This document shows positions 1 to 10,813 of a DNA stretch of 64,000 bases, in pieces. The translations under genes were made by a program, and so were the position numbers. Numbering within the stretch: position 1 is the first letter of the stretch; each line of letters opens with the position of its first letter. Origin of the DNA: Rhodothermales bacterium (lineage in GTDB: Bacteria; Bacteroidota; Rhodothermia; Rhodothermales; UBA10348); contig JAQWHM010000011.1 of assembly GCA_029249345.1 (NCBI GenBank), forward strand, positions 111,673-175,672, given 5' to 3'. The notes beneath the pieces were generated by a model. It had not been told where the DNA came from. It saw only the letters and a program-made list of their open reading frames with translations, and did no database searches.

Positions 1-1196
1 TAGGGATGAGTTGCGCCTATTACCTCGAGCAAGCAGGCAGAAAAGTCTCTATCGTAGATAGGGGCCGATATGCTGAGGCCGCCTCTACGGGCAATGCCGG
101 CCTGATCGTACCCAGCCATATAATCCCCTTGTCCGCTCCCGGCGTGATCGCCAAGGGCATGAAATGGCTCATGAATCCAGAGAGTCCGCTTTATATCAAA
201 CCCAGTGCAAACCCTCATTTTATGAAATGGCTCTGGTTGTTTCAAAAGCATTGCAGCGAGGCGCACGTTCAAAAAAGCATTCCAGTCTTAAAGGACATGA
301 GTCTTTTAAGCCGAGATTTACTCTCTGAAATGTGTTCATTGCCAGGATTTGAAAAAACGAGCCTAGTGCATAACGGTCTCTTAATGCTGCATCGATCTGA
401 GTCGGCCCAAAAAGACAACGAAGAGCTCGCAGACATCGCAGAAGCCGCTGGTTTAGAGATCGAGCGCTTGGACCACGCACAAACCCTAAATCTCGAACCC
501 GCTCTTAAAAGTGAGATAACGGGTTCCGTCTATTTCAAGCAAGATGCCAGCCTGGAGCCCGAACAGTTACTGCGAGCCCTTGAAATTGAGCTTCGGTCTC
601 AAGGCGTATCCTTCATTGATGCAGAGGTGACAGGCTTTAAAACCAATCGCGGTGCAGTAACCTCCGTGACGACCAAGACGGCATCACTAGAATGTGATAC
701 CGTGGTTCTCGCCGCAGGATCATGGACACCCATCTTGGGGCGGAAATTAGGACATTCTATTTCGGTTCAGCCGGCGAAAGGGTACAGTGTTACCATACCC
801 GTAGACTCACCCAGCTTGCGCATCCCATGTATTGCAACCGATGAAAAAGTATCCATTACGCCCATGCCCGGATGCATTCGATTTGGAGGAACGTTAGCGC
901 TGCAAGGATTTGACGATTCGATCGACGAACGCCGCGTGGCTCCCATTCGCAGACAGGCCGGACTGTATTGTTCGGACATGGATGACATCCCTACCTGGTC
1001 CGGATTCAGGCCAGCCTCACCAGATGGCATTCCTTTCATCGGAGCGCTCCCTACCTCGGCCAATACATTCATGGCAACCGGCCATGGAATGATGGGCGTA
1101 ACACTTGGGCCGGTGACCGGTAAGCTTATAACTGAATTAATTGTCGGCGATACTCCATCGCTGAAAACTCATCCTTTCCGAACGGATAGACACTGA
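1..1196 (+). CDS. FAD-dependent D-amino acid dehydrogenase/oxidase (DadA/DAO family), 5' end truncated by the window
   Basis: Begins at the tail of the Rossmann GxGxxG (..G-MSCAYYL); AASTGNAG, VLAAGSWT, QPAKGYS, WSGFRPASPDGIPFIG and ATGHGMMGVTLGPVTG motifs. Confidence 0.85.
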   Translation, partial: GMSCAYYLEQAGRKVSIVDRGRYAEAASTGNAGLIVPSHIIPLSAPGVIAKGMKWLMNPESPLYIKPSANPHFMKWLWLFQKHCSEAHVQKSIPVLKDMSLLSRDLLSEMCSLPGFEKTSLVHNGLLMLHRSESAQKDNEELADIAEAAGLEIERLDHAQTLNLEPALKSEITGSVYFKQDASLEPEQLLRALEIELRSQGVSFIDAEVTGFKTNRGAVTSVTTKTASLECDTVVLAAGSWTPILGRKLGHSISVQPAKGYSVTIPVDSPSLRIPCIATDEKVSITPMPGCIRFGGTLALQGFDDSIDERRVAPIRRQAGLYCSDMDDIPTWSGFRPASPDGIPFIGALPTSANTFMATGHGMMGVTLGPVTGKLITELIVGDTPSLKTHPFRTDRH

Positions 1197-1197
1197 C

Positions 1198-4100
1198 ATG
1201 AGCAAGATGCCCGGCCGGCCCGTTCTGACCGTTCCTGAAGCGGAAGCCCTCGCGCTCGAGTTGTTTGGCGCGGCGGGGACCGCCGCGCCATTGCCCAGTG
1301 ACCGGGATTTAAATTTCCGATTGACGCTTACGGATGGATCCCGAGCCGTATTCAAAATCTTCAATACCATTGAAGATGAAGCCTATCTAGAATGTCAATC
1401 TGATGCCATGGATTGGGCAGCAAAAGCAGGCCTTCCTGTTCCAAAGGTGATAGGTCGAGCTACGGCAAAGCTGAACGGGAAGAACCATCTCGTGAGACTC
1501 GTTTCTTGGCTCGATGGAACGCCGCTTGGTGATGCCTCACCCATCACGGCCCAGATGGAGTTTGACTTGGGGGCTCTTTTGGGACGCATGGACCGTGCTA
1601 TGGAAGGATTTGAGCATCCAGCCGCACCGAACCACTTTCCGTGGGACTTTGCTAACGTTGCAGACACCGTTTCCAAACACATTCATGCCATTCCCGAGGC
1701 ACGAAAGCCTTTGGTAGAAATGGGGCTGAATCTCTATCAGGAACATGTTGCTCCGAAATGGGATGTGCTGCCAAAGGCCATCATTCACAACGATGCGAAC
1801 GATTACAACGTACTGGTCGGCAGCGCCCAAGAGTATCCCAGACCGATCACCGGCCTCTTGGATTTTGGAGACCTCGTCCACTCAGCACGCGTGGGCAATC
1901 CCGCCGTAGCCGCAACCTATTTGGCGCTACACCGCGAGGACCCAGTAGATGCCCTGTGTCAGGTGATCAAGGGGTATACATCGATTTTTGAGTTATCAGA
2001 GCTTGAACTGGAGGTATTTTATTCGCTTGTCTGCATTCGATTGTCCGTCAGTGTAACCATGTCTGCCGTCCAGCGCGCGCTCGAACCTGACAATGAATAC
2101 CTGTCTATTTCGGAAAAAGGTGCATGGACAACACTGGAAAAATTGCAGCATCAGCATCCTCGTCTGGTTCATTACAGATTACGAGATGCCGCCGGATACG
2201 CCCCCGTTCCTAATTCCACCTTTGTTGTGGACTGGATCCAATCTCACAAAGATGACTTTCACCCCGTCATTCTGCCCGCACGCCCCGGAGCACCTCCGGT
2301 TGTCTTCGACTTTTCCGTATCCAGTCAAGAATTTGACTCGGAAGCCATTAATACCCCTGGCGTAGCCGACAAAGAGATCTGGGATCGTACGGGAAATGCG
2401 GTGGGCATCGGGCGCTGGGATGAACCCCGATTAGCCTATGGCGGCGATCAGTATGCAACCCAATCTGGAGAACGCAGAACGATTCATTTGGGAGTCGACC
2501 TTTTCCGCCCAGCCAGGACGCCCGTACAAGCTCCACTTTCTGGTACCGTTCATTCTTTTTGCGCCCACCACGCCCGATTTGACTACGGTGGATGTCTCAT
2601 TCTTGAGCATGAACCCGAAAAAGGGCTCCGTTTTTGGACCCTTTATGGACATTTAAGTCACGACTCCGTGAAAAATCTGGTCGTGGGGAAAAGCGTCGAA
2701 GCCGGAGACGTCATTGCGTATTTGGGGCCATTCGAAGAAAACGGCGGATGGGTTCCTCATCTGCATTTTCAAATCATTGTGGACCGATTGGATTTAGAAG
2801 CCACCTTTCCGGGTGTTGCTTCGCCCAGTCAACGAGATGTTTGGTGCAGCTTATCTCCTAGCCCGGTGGACATGCTCGGCATTCCCCAATCTGCCGTAGC
2901 ACCGCGATCGCCACACGTTCAGGACTTATTAGAGCGCCGAAATCGCTCGATCAGTTCGGCTCTCAGCGTGTCCTACGATCGCAAATTGCATATCGTGAGA
3001 GGATGGATGCAGTACCTCTACGATGCAGAAGGACATGCCTACCTGGACGCCGTCAACAATGTGCCCCATGTGGGCCACTCCAATCCCCGCGTGGTCAAGG
3101 CATTACATCGCCAAATGCGCACGCTAACGACGAACACGCGCTATTTGCACGAGACTATTCTCGATTTTTCAGAGCGACTAGTAGCTACGTTACCGGAATC
3201 GCTGGAGGTATGCTTCTTCGTCAATTCTGGAAGCGAAGCAAATGACCTTGCCCTGCGATTAGCACGAGCGGCAACCGGCAAACAGGATACTGTAGTTCTG
3301 GAAGGCGGATACCACGGAAATTCTACTTCATTGATTGGAATCAGTCCCTATAAATTTGATGGGCATGGAGGAAAAGGACGGCCCGCAACTACACATGTCG
3401 TTCCCATGCCAGATTCTTACCGAGGCCCCTTCAAAGGTATGACCGCCGAAACAGGAGCGGCTTATGCCCGCTTCGTCGAATCGGCGGTAGCCCAAGGAAC
3501 GTGTGCAGCATTTATCGCGGAGTCGGTGCCCGGCGTAGGTGGCCAAATTGTCCCTCCTCCTCACTACCTGAGGGCGGCAGCAGAACATGTTCGCAAAGCC
3601 GGCGCGGTCTTTATTGCCGACGAAGTGCAGGTAGGTATGGGAAGGCCCGGAAGTACGTTTTGGGGGTTTGAGTTGGATGACGTGATTCCAGATATCGTAG
3701 TCATGGGTAAACCTATTGGTAACGGACATCCGCTCGGAGTGGTCGTGACTACTCGAGCCATCGCAGATGCTTTTGATAACGGCATGGAGTACTTCAACAC
3801 ATTTGGCGGTAATCCAGCTTCGTGCGCCGTGGGCCTCGCCGTGCTCAACGAAGTTCGCGATCAACATCTTCAGCAGAATGCGCTCGAAGTAGGGACTCAT
3901 TTACTGAGTGGGCTCGCGAAGCTCGCCCAACGTCATGCCATAATCGGGGACGTTAGAGGCGTGGGGCTGTTCATCGGATTGGAATTAGTTCGAAATCATG
4001 AAGACCTCGAGCCGGCTGATGTGGAGGCATCCTACGTCGCTAATCGGATGCGGGATAAAGGTATACTTATCTCAACCGATGGTCCCTTGCACAACGTTTT

Positions 4101-4209
4101 AAAGATCAAGCCACCCATGGTGTTCACCCGAGAGGATGCAGATTTTCTGACCCAAACGTTAGACGCCGTTCTGTGCCAGGACTATGTCACGGCGCGACTT
4201 CGAAAGTAA
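1198..4209 (+). CDS. Tri-domain fusion: APH/hydroxylysine-kinase-like phosphotransferase + M23 peptidase + class III PLP aminotransferase/phospho-lyase
   Basis: Kinase IHNDANDYN and LLDFGD; M23 HLGVD, LYGHL, PHLHFQ; [43 protein letters not shown] (PLP lysine). Confidence 0.9.
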   Translation: MSKMPGRPVLTVPEAEALALELFGAAGTAAPLPSDRDLNFRLTLTDGSRAVFKIFNTIEDEAYLECQSDAMDWAAKAGLPVPKVIGRATAKLNGKNHLVRLVSWLDGTPLGDASPITAQMEFDLGALLGRMDRAMEGFEHPAAPNHFPWDFANVADTVSKHIHAIPEARKPLVEMGLNLYQEHVAPKWDVLPKAIIHNDANDYNVLVGSAQEYPRPITGLLDFGDLVHSARVGNPAVAATYLALHREDPVDALCQVIKGYTSIFELSELELEVFYSLVCIRLSVSVTMSAVQRALEPDNEYLSISEKGAWTTLEKLQHQHPRLVHYRLRDAAGYAPVPNSTFVVDWIQSHKDDFHPVILPARPGAPPVVFDFSVSSQEFDSEAINTPGVADKEIWDRTGNAVGIGRWDEPRLAYGGDQYATQSGERRTIHLGVDLFRPARTPVQAPLSGTVHSFCAHHARFDYGGCLILEHEPEKGLRFWTLYGHLSHDSVKNLVVGKSVEAGDVIAYLGPFEENGGWVPHLHFQIIVDRLDLEATFPGVASPSQRDVWCSLSPSPVDMLGIPQSAVAPRSPHVQDLLERRNRSISSALSVSYDRKLHIVRGWMQYLYDAEGHAYLDAVNNVPHVGHSNPRVVKALHRQMRTLTTNTRYLHETILDFSERLVATLPESLEVCFFVNSGSEANDLALRLARAATGKQDTVVLEGGYHGNSTSLIGISPYKFDGHGGKGRPATTHVVPMPDSYRGPFKGMTAETGAAYARFVESAVAQGTCAAFIAESVPGVGGQIVPPPHYLRAAAEHVRKAGAVFIADEVQVGMGRPGSTFWGFELDDVIPDIVVMGKPIGNGHPLGVVVTTRAIADAFDNGMEYFNTFGGNPASCAVGLAVLNEVRDQHLQQNALEVGTHLLSGLAKLAQRHAIIGDVRGVGLFIGLELVRNHEDLEPADVEASYVANRMRDKGILISTDGPLHNVLKIKPPMVFTREDADFLTQTLDAVLCQDYVTARLRK

Positions 4210-4235
4210 GACCAGAATGTGAATCTGATAGGTAC

Positions 4236-6095
4236 TCAGCGCACGGTTCTGGGTGTTCGGTTCTCCGAAATCAATCCTTCCAGTTCCATAATTTTCAAGG
4301 CATTGGTAGTCGGACTAGGACCTGGGTGTAGCTTGTAATCAAAATGCATTTCCCGACCCTCGATGTGCTCCCTGAAATGATAGTTGGTGACTCCAGCCAT
4401 CTCATCGGCCAACTTTGTCAAATCAAGATCATGGGTTGAAACCATTCCCGAGCCATTCAGAGCAGACATCTGATGCAACAGTTCACGACTCCCAATGAGT
4501 CGCTCCCGGTTATTGGTCCCTCTAAACACTTCATCGATGAAGTACAGTAGCGGAAAGGAAGATCCGGCTTCCAGTTCAGATAGCATCTTTTTCAATCGAC
4601 GTACTTCTGCATAGAAAAAAGAAATCCCATCGTTCACCGAATCGGCAACGCGAATACAGGTGTACAACCTTAACGGAATGACCTGCATAGCCCTAGCATG
4701 AACAGGGCCTCCCGAGTTAGCAAGCGCCAGGTTGATGCCAACTGTCCGAAGAAAAGTGCTTTTTCCGGACATATTAGAACCCGTGACAAGATCCAAATGC
4801 TGTAGTCCATCAATTTTGAAGTCATTGACTACACACTCCTCGCGCGCCAGAAGCGGGTGCCCCATTTCTACGCAAGAGAGCATCCCTGAATGTGTGTCGC
4901 TCTTCACAAACTGTGGAAACGTATAGTCTGGATTAAGCCCAGCGAAGGTCGCCAATGAGCTCCCAGCCTCAAGTACTTGCAGGGCCTCAAGCCACTCGGG
5001 AAGAATATTGGCTAGGTCCGATTTAGTCCGCTCCAATAAGTATGCAAAAAGAAGCTCCCAGGGCATGATTAGGTTGGCAACAATTCGAAACACGTCGTTT
5101 CGTTGAGCGCTAGCAGCCATAGCCAACCGCATTACTCGCTTCGCAAACCTCGAAGGCAAGGCACCTCGTTTTTTTAACGGTGCTGCGACCTCTGCTAAGG
5201 TTGAGTCCCTTCTAAATTGAAACGACTCGATCAGCCCAAACACCGGCATTACGATTTCAAACTGCTCGTAGAGATGCTCTGCTTCATCAAACAAGTGTGC
5301 GTACAGTCGAAAATTGACCAGGTAGAAAATGATATACGCTCCCAATGAATAGGTCCACCAACCCAGTTCAATAACGGAAATCAATTTCAATGTGAGGAGA
5401 AGCGGCGTAAGCACAGCCAGCACACTCAGCATGACCAACACCATCTTGAAGCGGCCATCAGTCTTGTGTGCACGCAACCAATCGAGAAGTACCTGACCCC
5501 GAAACTGCCCTCCTTCAGCAGGCAGTACCAACGAGGTGAGTAATGATACCCTATCCCTAAAGCCCGTCAGTGGAATCAAATCACCAATGAGTCGCTGCCT
5601 CCACAACGTTGCTTCCGGATCTGGTTCCATCTGAACAAGCCACTGGTGCAACCTCTCACTTCCTTCCCTAGAAAATGCGGTATCGATCAAATGATGAAGA
5701 GACTTTGCTCCATACAAGTCAAGATCAGCCTCAAACGGATGATCTAAGTCCGCTTCATCAGCACCTGAATAGGGTAGGTCCTTCCAGCTTCGACGTAACC
5801 GGGCCAAATGACGTGACTTAATGGTCACGTACACTTTTCGACGCCGAATACCACGTGCAATTCTAGAATGGACCATCATCACGATGATAAATACACTCGA
5901 AATGAGGAAACCCAGGGTCCATGCTACGTCCGAGCGGCCCACTTCCGAGGCCCAAACCACAGAAATAACACCTACAAGGAAGATACCCATACGTGCCCGC
6001 GACATGCGCAAACTGGTCTTTTCCAGTCTGCGGATGTCGCGGGAAAGTCTGTCGACAAAACGCGTAAGATGTATTTCAATTGGGATAGCCGTCAC
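4236..6095 (-). CDS. MutS-related ATPase with N-terminal transmembrane segments (ATPase domain only)
   Basis: TGSNMSGKST Walker A, FIDEVFRGTN Walker B, STHD; hydrophobic N-terminal helices; no mismatch-binding domain. Confidence 0.85.
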   Translation of the reverse strand: MTAIPIEIHLTRFVDRLSRDIRRLEKTSLRMSRARMGIFLVGVISVVWASEVGRSDVAWTLGFLISSVFIIVMMVHSRIARGIRRRKVYVTIKSRHLARLRRSWKDLPYSGADEADLDHPFEADLDLYGAKSLHHLIDTAFSREGSERLHQWLVQMEPDPEATLWRQRLIGDLIPLTGFRDRVSLLTSLVLPAEGGQFRGQVLLDWLRAHKTDGRFKMVLVMLSVLAVLTPLLLTLKLISVIELGWWTYSLGAYIIFYLVNFRLYAHLFDEAEHLYEQFEIVMPVFGLIESFQFRRDSTLAEVAAPLKKRGALPSRFAKRVMRLAMAASAQRNDVFRIVANLIMPWELLFAYLLERTKSDLANILPEWLEALQVLEAGSSLATFAGLNPDYTFPQFVKSDTHSGMLSCVEMGHPLLAREECVVNDFKIDGLQHLDLVTGSNMSGKSTFLRTVGINLALANSGGPVHARAMQVIPLRLYTCIRVADSVNDGISFFYAEVRRLKKMLSELEAGSSFPLLYFIDEVFRGTNNRERLIGSRELLHQMSALNGSGMVSTHDLDLTKLADEMAGVTNYHFREHIEGREMHFDYKLHPGPSPTTNALKIMELEGLISENRTPRTVR

Positions 6096-6269
6096 GATCC
6101 AACTCCCGAAAACGGCACGCCGGGTAGCGCTAAATTTGAAATGGTCTCAGCATCGGTGCCGAGGGCTGGCTCTCGATCTGGTACTGCAGACCAAGTAGCC
6201 ACCGAAACAAGGGTATTCATACTCAGCTAAAAACTGGAGGTTCTGGCGAGTAGTTCTTGGGTGCCCTTA

Positions 6270-6602
6270 CTACTGGCGCGCATTACGCACTAATCGAGTA
6301 GCGACCATGGCCGCCACACCACTTATGATTCCAAACAGAGCCGATAAACCCCAAAGCACATCTGGTCCAAACCGGGTAAGAAGAACCCCCATCAGCCCAG
6401 CCCCCACAAACAGACCTAAAGCAAAGGAAAGTACCCCTAGTCGTGATTGTGACGGTGTAACATTTTGCCATCCGAGATACGTGCCTTGTAGAATAGATAC
6501 TGCGATGAAGACCCAAAAATTCCCCACAATAGGTAGATAGAGAAACGCTGAGGCGAAGAGGCCACCGAGTGCCGTCGTTACAACCCATTGACGATTATCC
6601 AT
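6270..6602 (-). CDS. Small hypothetical membrane protein (about 4 TM helices)
   Basis: 110 aa, strongly hydrophobic and Gly-rich; 13 nt after the upstream gene on the same strand. Confidence 0.6.
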   Translation of the reverse strand: MDNRQWVVTTALGGLFASAFLYLPIVGNFWVFIAVSILQGTYLGWQNVTPSQSRLGVLSFALGLFVGAGLMGVLLTRFGPDVLWGLSALFGIISGVAAMVATRLVRNARQ

Positions 6603-6615
6603 ACATGAACCTCAT

Positions 6616-7614
6616 TTATTCTGTAAACGCGGCGTCGAACGCGCGGCCCGATCCCTGGAAATCGACTGCACGAACAAATTCACATGCTTCTTCGGCACCA
6701 TGCTCACGATCCATTCCAATGTCTTCCCATTCCACAGAAAGGGGACCCGTGTAACCAACTCTATTCAGTGCTCGAATAATTTCCTCAAAATCAATGCTTC
6801 CCCGCCCTAAAGAGCGAAAGTCCCACTGCCTGCGCACATCGCCGAACTCGGTGTGTCCCCCAAAAACACCTGCTTCTGTTGCAGTAGGCGACCACCAGAC
6901 ATCTTTCATATGAGCATGAAAAATGCGATCCCCAAATTTGAGAATGAAGGCTACATAATCCACACCCTGATAACCAAAGTGGCTAGGGTCATAATTAAAC
7001 CCGAAGGATTTGCGTCTTCCGATAGCATCGAGCGCCCGTTCGGCTGAAGCAATATCAAAGGCAATTTCTGCAGGATGTACCTCAAGGGCAAATCGTACGC
7101 CTACTTCATCAAATACATCCAAAATAGGATTCCAACGATCTGCAAAGTCGTCAAACCCGTCATCGATCATCTTCGTAGGCAAGGGGGGAAACCCATATAA
7201 CAAGTGCCAAATGGAGCTGCCCGTGAAGCCATTTACCACATCAACTCCCAGTTTTGCGGCAGCCCGAGCCGTATCCATAATTTCCGAGGCTGCACGCGTT
7301 CGGACACCTTCTGGATCACCATCGCCCCACACGTGCTCTGGAAGAATGCTTTTGTGCCGCTCATCAATCAGATCGCATACCGCCTGACTCACAAGATGAG
7401 TACTGATGGCATGTACCTTGAGCCCATGCCGAGCCAGTAGATCGTGCCTACCTTGGCAGTAGGCTGGGTCTGAAAGGGCCTTCTGAACGTCAAAATGATC
7501 TCCCCAGCATGCTAACTCCAAGCCATCATAGCCCCAAGAAGCGGCCTTTGCAGCTAAAACATCGAGAGAAAGGTCGGCCCATTGGCCGGTAAAAAGAGTT
7601 ACGGGTCTAGACAT
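6616..7614 (-). CDS. Sugar phosphate isomerase/epimerase (IolE/AP-endonuclease-2 TIM barrel)
   Basis: [51 protein letters not shown]; start moved from 7671 to ATG 7614. Confidence 0.88.
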   Translation of the reverse strand: MSRPVTLFTGQWADLSLDVLAAKAASWGYDGLELACWGDHFDVQKALSDPAYCQGRHDLLARHGLKVHAISTHLVSQAVCDLIDERHKSILPEHVWGDGDPEGVRTRAASEIMDTARAAAKLGVDVVNGFTGSSIWHLLYGFPPLPTKMIDDGFDDFADRWNPILDVFDEVGVRFALEVHPAEIAFDIASAERALDAIGRRKSFGFNYDPSHFGYQGVDYVAFILKFGDRIFHAHMKDVWWSPTATEAGVFGGHTEFGDVRRQWDFRSLGRGSIDFEEIIRALNRVGYTGPLSVEWEDIGMDREHGAEEACEFVRAVDFQGSGRAFDAAFTE

Positions 7615-7637
7615 AGTGTCGGTTCGTCTTGCGTTTT

Positions 7638-8777
7638 CTATTGAGGTGGAGTGTAGGAAGCATCTACCCAAGCTCGATTCGTGCTGGATTTGAGTGCCGT
7701 ATGGATAAAGTGCACACCGCGCGCACCATCCTGTACGCTAGGATGATCGCCATGTTGGCGAGTCGCCATGGCCTCGTATGCCGCCAAGTAAATGTTAGCA
7801 AAGGCTTCAATGAATGCTTCGGGATGCCCGGCTGGAATGCGACTCGCCCTAGAAGCGGCTTCTCCCAAATAGTCGTTTCCTCTTTTGAATATCTGCTCGG
7901 GCGCGTCGGGATAACGTACATGCAGCCAGTTGGGATGCTCTTGCTTCCATTCCAAGGAAGCCTTCGTACCGTAGACCCGAATGGTAAGATTATTTTCTTC
8001 TCCGATACTAATCTGAGAGCAGTACAGAATGCCACGTGCGCCTCCCTTGTATCGAATCAAAACGGAGGCATCATCTTCAAGCGCTCGCCCCTCGACCATC
8101 GTCCCTAAGTCCGCCATCATTTCGTCCATTTCTAGACCAGTGATGTAGTGCACCAGGTTCTCGCAATGGGTCCCAATATCGCCCAATGCTGAGGAAACGC
8201 CAGCTCGAGCCGGATCAGATCGCCAAGACGCTTGTTTTTGGCCTGTAGACTCCAACAAGGTCGATAGCCAACCTTGTGGGTATTCTACCACGACTTTTCG
8301 GACGGTACCCAATTTGCCCTCGGATATCATACCTCGCGCCTGCTTGACCATCGGGTATCCGGTATAATTGTGCGTCAATGCAAAGATCCTACCCGTTTCT
8401 GATACCGTGCGGCACAAATCTTCAGACTCTTCGACTGTAAGGGTCATCGGCTTATCGCAGACCACGTCAAAACCGGCCAGGAGTGCCGCTTTCGCTACGG
8501 GGTGGTGTAGGAAATTGGGTGTCACGATGGATACAAAATCGATCCTGTTCTCGGTTCGAGCTGCTTCTGAGTCCAACATTTCCTGCCATGAGCCGTACAC
8601 TCGACTTGGATCTAAAAACAGTTCTTTCCCCGTTGCAGCAGAGTTGTCGGGTGAGGATGAAAAGGCGCCGGCTACGAGTTCTGCCTTGCCGTCCATTCCA
8701 GCGGCTATTCGGTGAACGGCACCAATAAAGGCTCCTTGACCACCACCAACCATCGCGTATCTAAGCTTTCTATTCAT
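7638..8777 (-). CDS. Gfo/Idh/MocA family NAD(P)-dependent oxidoreductase
   Basis: [36 protein letters not shown]. Confidence 0.92.
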   Translation of the reverse strand: MNRKLRYAMVGGGQGAFIGAVHRIAAGMDGKAELVAGAFSSSPDNSAATGKELFLDPSRVYGSWQEMLDSEAARTENRIDFVSIVTPNFLHHPVAKAALLAGFDVVCDKPMTLTVEESEDLCRTVSETGRIFALTHNYTGYPMVKQARGMISEGKLGTVRKVVVEYPQGWLSTLLESTGQKQASWRSDPARAGVSSALGDIGTHCENLVHYITGLEMDEMMADLGTMVEGRALEDDASVLIRYKGGARGILYCSQISIGEENNLTIRVYGTKASLEWKQEHPNWLHVRYPDAPEQIFKRGNDYLGEAASRASRIPAGHPEAFIEAFANIYLAAYEAMATRQHGDHPSVQDGARGVHFIHTALKSSTNRAWVDASYTPPQ

Positions 8778-8831
8778 GTGGGTACATACAAGAATTAATG
8801 TTGCTATAACTTAAGGGAGAACCCATCAACG

Positions 8832-8839
8832 TACCTTTG
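8832..8839 (+). promoter_or_regulatory. Possible Bacteroidota-type -7 promoter element (TAnnTTTG) for phoB
   Basis: TACCTTTG 47 nt upstream of the phoB ATG in the divergent intergenic region. Confidence 0.3.
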
Positions 8840-8886
8840 CTTTTCAAGGCACATCGAATCAACTCAAACGGACGTAACGTCACATC

Positions 8887-9600
8887 ATGGCGAGTAAATA
8901 TGTAGGAAGAGATCGGCCTCTCATTCTCATCGTAGATGATGAAGAAGACCTCCTCGACTTGGTTCAGTATAACCTCAATAAGGAAAACTTTGACACTGTT
9001 CTTGCCTCAGACGGAATAGAAGGGCTAGAAAAGGCGAAAAAAGTCGTTCCAGACCTGATCGTTCTCGACATTATGATGCCCAGAATGGATGGCATCGAAA
9101 CATGTCGTCACTTGAGAGAGCACGCTGTACTCAGAACAATTCCTATTCTGATGCTCACCGCCAAAAGTGAAGAGGCCGATCACGTTTCGGGTCTCGAATC
9201 AGGAGCCGATATTTATTTAACCAAACCAATTTCTATTCCTGTCTTTGTCTCTCAGGTAAAGGCACTGCTTAGGGGTGCAACTCGTTTTGACACCCCAACT
9301 AATGTACTTGTATCGGGAACGCTCAAAATTGACCGCGATCGATATGAGGTCATCCGAGGGACTGAAAAACAGTCCATTCGGTTGGCACGCAAGGAGTTTG
9401 ACCTACTTTACTTTCTTGCAACCCATCCCGGTAAAGTCTTCTCTCGCCAAGACCTTCTAGATCGTGTATGGGGTCTGGATGTCTACGTGGTGGACCGCAC
9501 GGTGGATGTACATGTCCGCAAGATTCGAGAAAAGGTCGGGGAGCAGTACATTGAGACGATCAAAGGTGTAGGCTATCGCATGCCAGATTTGGGCGCTTAG
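8887..9600 (+). CDS. phoB: OmpR/PhoB-family response regulator (PhoB/PhoP-like)
   Basis: LIVDDE, VLDIMMP, MLTAK, YLTKP, RTVDVHVRKIREK, TIKGVGY. Confidence 0.8.
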   Translation: MASKYVGRDRPLILIVDDEEDLLDLVQYNLNKENFDTVLASDGIEGLEKAKKVVPDLIVLDIMMPRMDGIETCRHLREHAVLRTIPILMLTAKSEEADHVSGLESGADIYLTKPISIPVFVSQVKALLRGATRFDTPTNVLVSGTLKIDRDRYEVIRGTEKQSIRLARKEFDLLYFLATHPGKVFSRQDLLDRVWGLDVYVVDRTVDVHVRKIREKVGEQYIETIKGVGYRMPDLGA

Positions 9601-9654
9601 TCTGACCAACCCGACGTAGTCCGCCCATCAACCAAACTGAATACACGCCTCCCG

Positions 9655-10743
9655 GTGAACGGTCTCCTTAAACGAATCCTACCCAAAAAATCGAGACGGA
9701 AGCCTTTTGTACTGCACAAACTGGCGACTCGAATAGCGGGATACGTAGCCCTTTCAACAAGTGTTGTCATGGTGCTCGTTCAACTGACCCTGACCTCATG
9801 GTCATGGACGGCTCTGTTTCTGGTCGTGCTCGTAGCCACTGTTTCAGCGTATCAGGCTACCAAGCATGTCGTGGCTCGCCGACTCAAACTAGCCCGAACG
9901 GTTCTTCGACACATTCGAAAACACAAATTCGAAAACCTCGAGATGGCCACGACCAGAAGAGGCGATGAATTGAACGACCTAATCAGACAGGTACATCGAA
10001 CTGGGCAGGTGGTGGAGAAAGAATTGGAGGAAATGAAAAGGCTGGAGAGCTACCGTAGGGACTTCATTGGCAACGTATCACACGAATTAAAAACCCCCAT
10101 TTTCGCCATTCGTGGATTTGGAGAAACCCTTCTTGGAGGGGCATTAGAGGACGAAGAAGTCAGTCAAAAATTTGTCCAAAAGATTGTGCGTAACGCAGAC
10201 CGCCTTGGCACGTTGGCCGAGGATCTCTCCGATATTTCCCGTCTTGAAACTGGGCAGCGCACCATGCAGATTCAGCCGATATCCCTTAGGCGACTTGTTG
10301 CCGACGTGATCGAATCCGTTGAGTCTCTCGCCAAAAATGCTGATGTGCGCATTTCCACCTCCGTTTCTAAATCACTGCCTCCCGTTCAAGGGGATGCGCT
10401 TCAACTACGCCAGGTTTTATCTAACCTCGTAGTTAATGCGATCAAGTATTCGAATGAAGGGGATAAAGTGCGCATCAAAGCTCGAACGCTAAAGAAAAAA
10501 AGTATCCGCATCTCTGTGGTGGACACGGGAATAGGCATTGAAAAACAGAATCTTGACCGCCTAACCGAGCGCTTTTTCCGAGTTGATAAAAGTCGTTCTC
10601 GATCAGCCGGCGGTACCGGATTGGGACTGTCCATTGTAAAACACATTTTGGCTGCTCACGATCAGGTTTTAAAGGTCGAAAGCAAACCAGGAGTGGGGTC
10701 GACATTTAGTTTTGAATTGCCCCTTGCAGATCTCCCTGGTTGA
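9655..10743 (+). CDS. phoR: Sensor histidine kinase (PhoR-like)
   Basis: NVSHELKTP, NLVVNAIKY, DTGIGI, ERFFRVDKSRSRSAGGTGLGLSIVKH; two adjacent TM helices. Confidence 0.8.
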   Translation: MNGLLKRILPKKSRRKPFVLHKLATRIAGYVALSTSVVMVLVQLTLTSWSWTALFLVVLVATVSAYQATKHVVARRLKLARTVLRHIRKHKFENLEMATTRRGDELNDLIRQVHRTGQVVEKELEEMKRLESYRRDFIGNVSHELKTPIFAIRGFGETLLGGALEDEEVSQKFVQKIVRNADRLGTLAEDLSDISRLETGQRTMQIQPISLRRLVADVIESVESLAKNADVRISTSVSKSLPPVQGDALQLRQVLSNLVVNAIKYSNEGDKVRIKARTLKKKSIRISVVDTGIGIEKQNLDRLTERFFRVDKSRSRSAGGTGLGLSIVKHILAAHDQVLKVESKPGVGSTFSFELPLADLPG

Positions 10744-10813
10744 AGAGGTAACAATTCCGGCCAAGAGTCTACCTAAAGCCAATGACCTGACCACGATACT
10801 GTGCCTCTACCCT

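Noticed and set aside
8778-8886. Pho box upstream of phoB
   Set aside because: No convincing 11-bp-periodic direct repeat; only isolated GTAAC/GTCAC half-sites.
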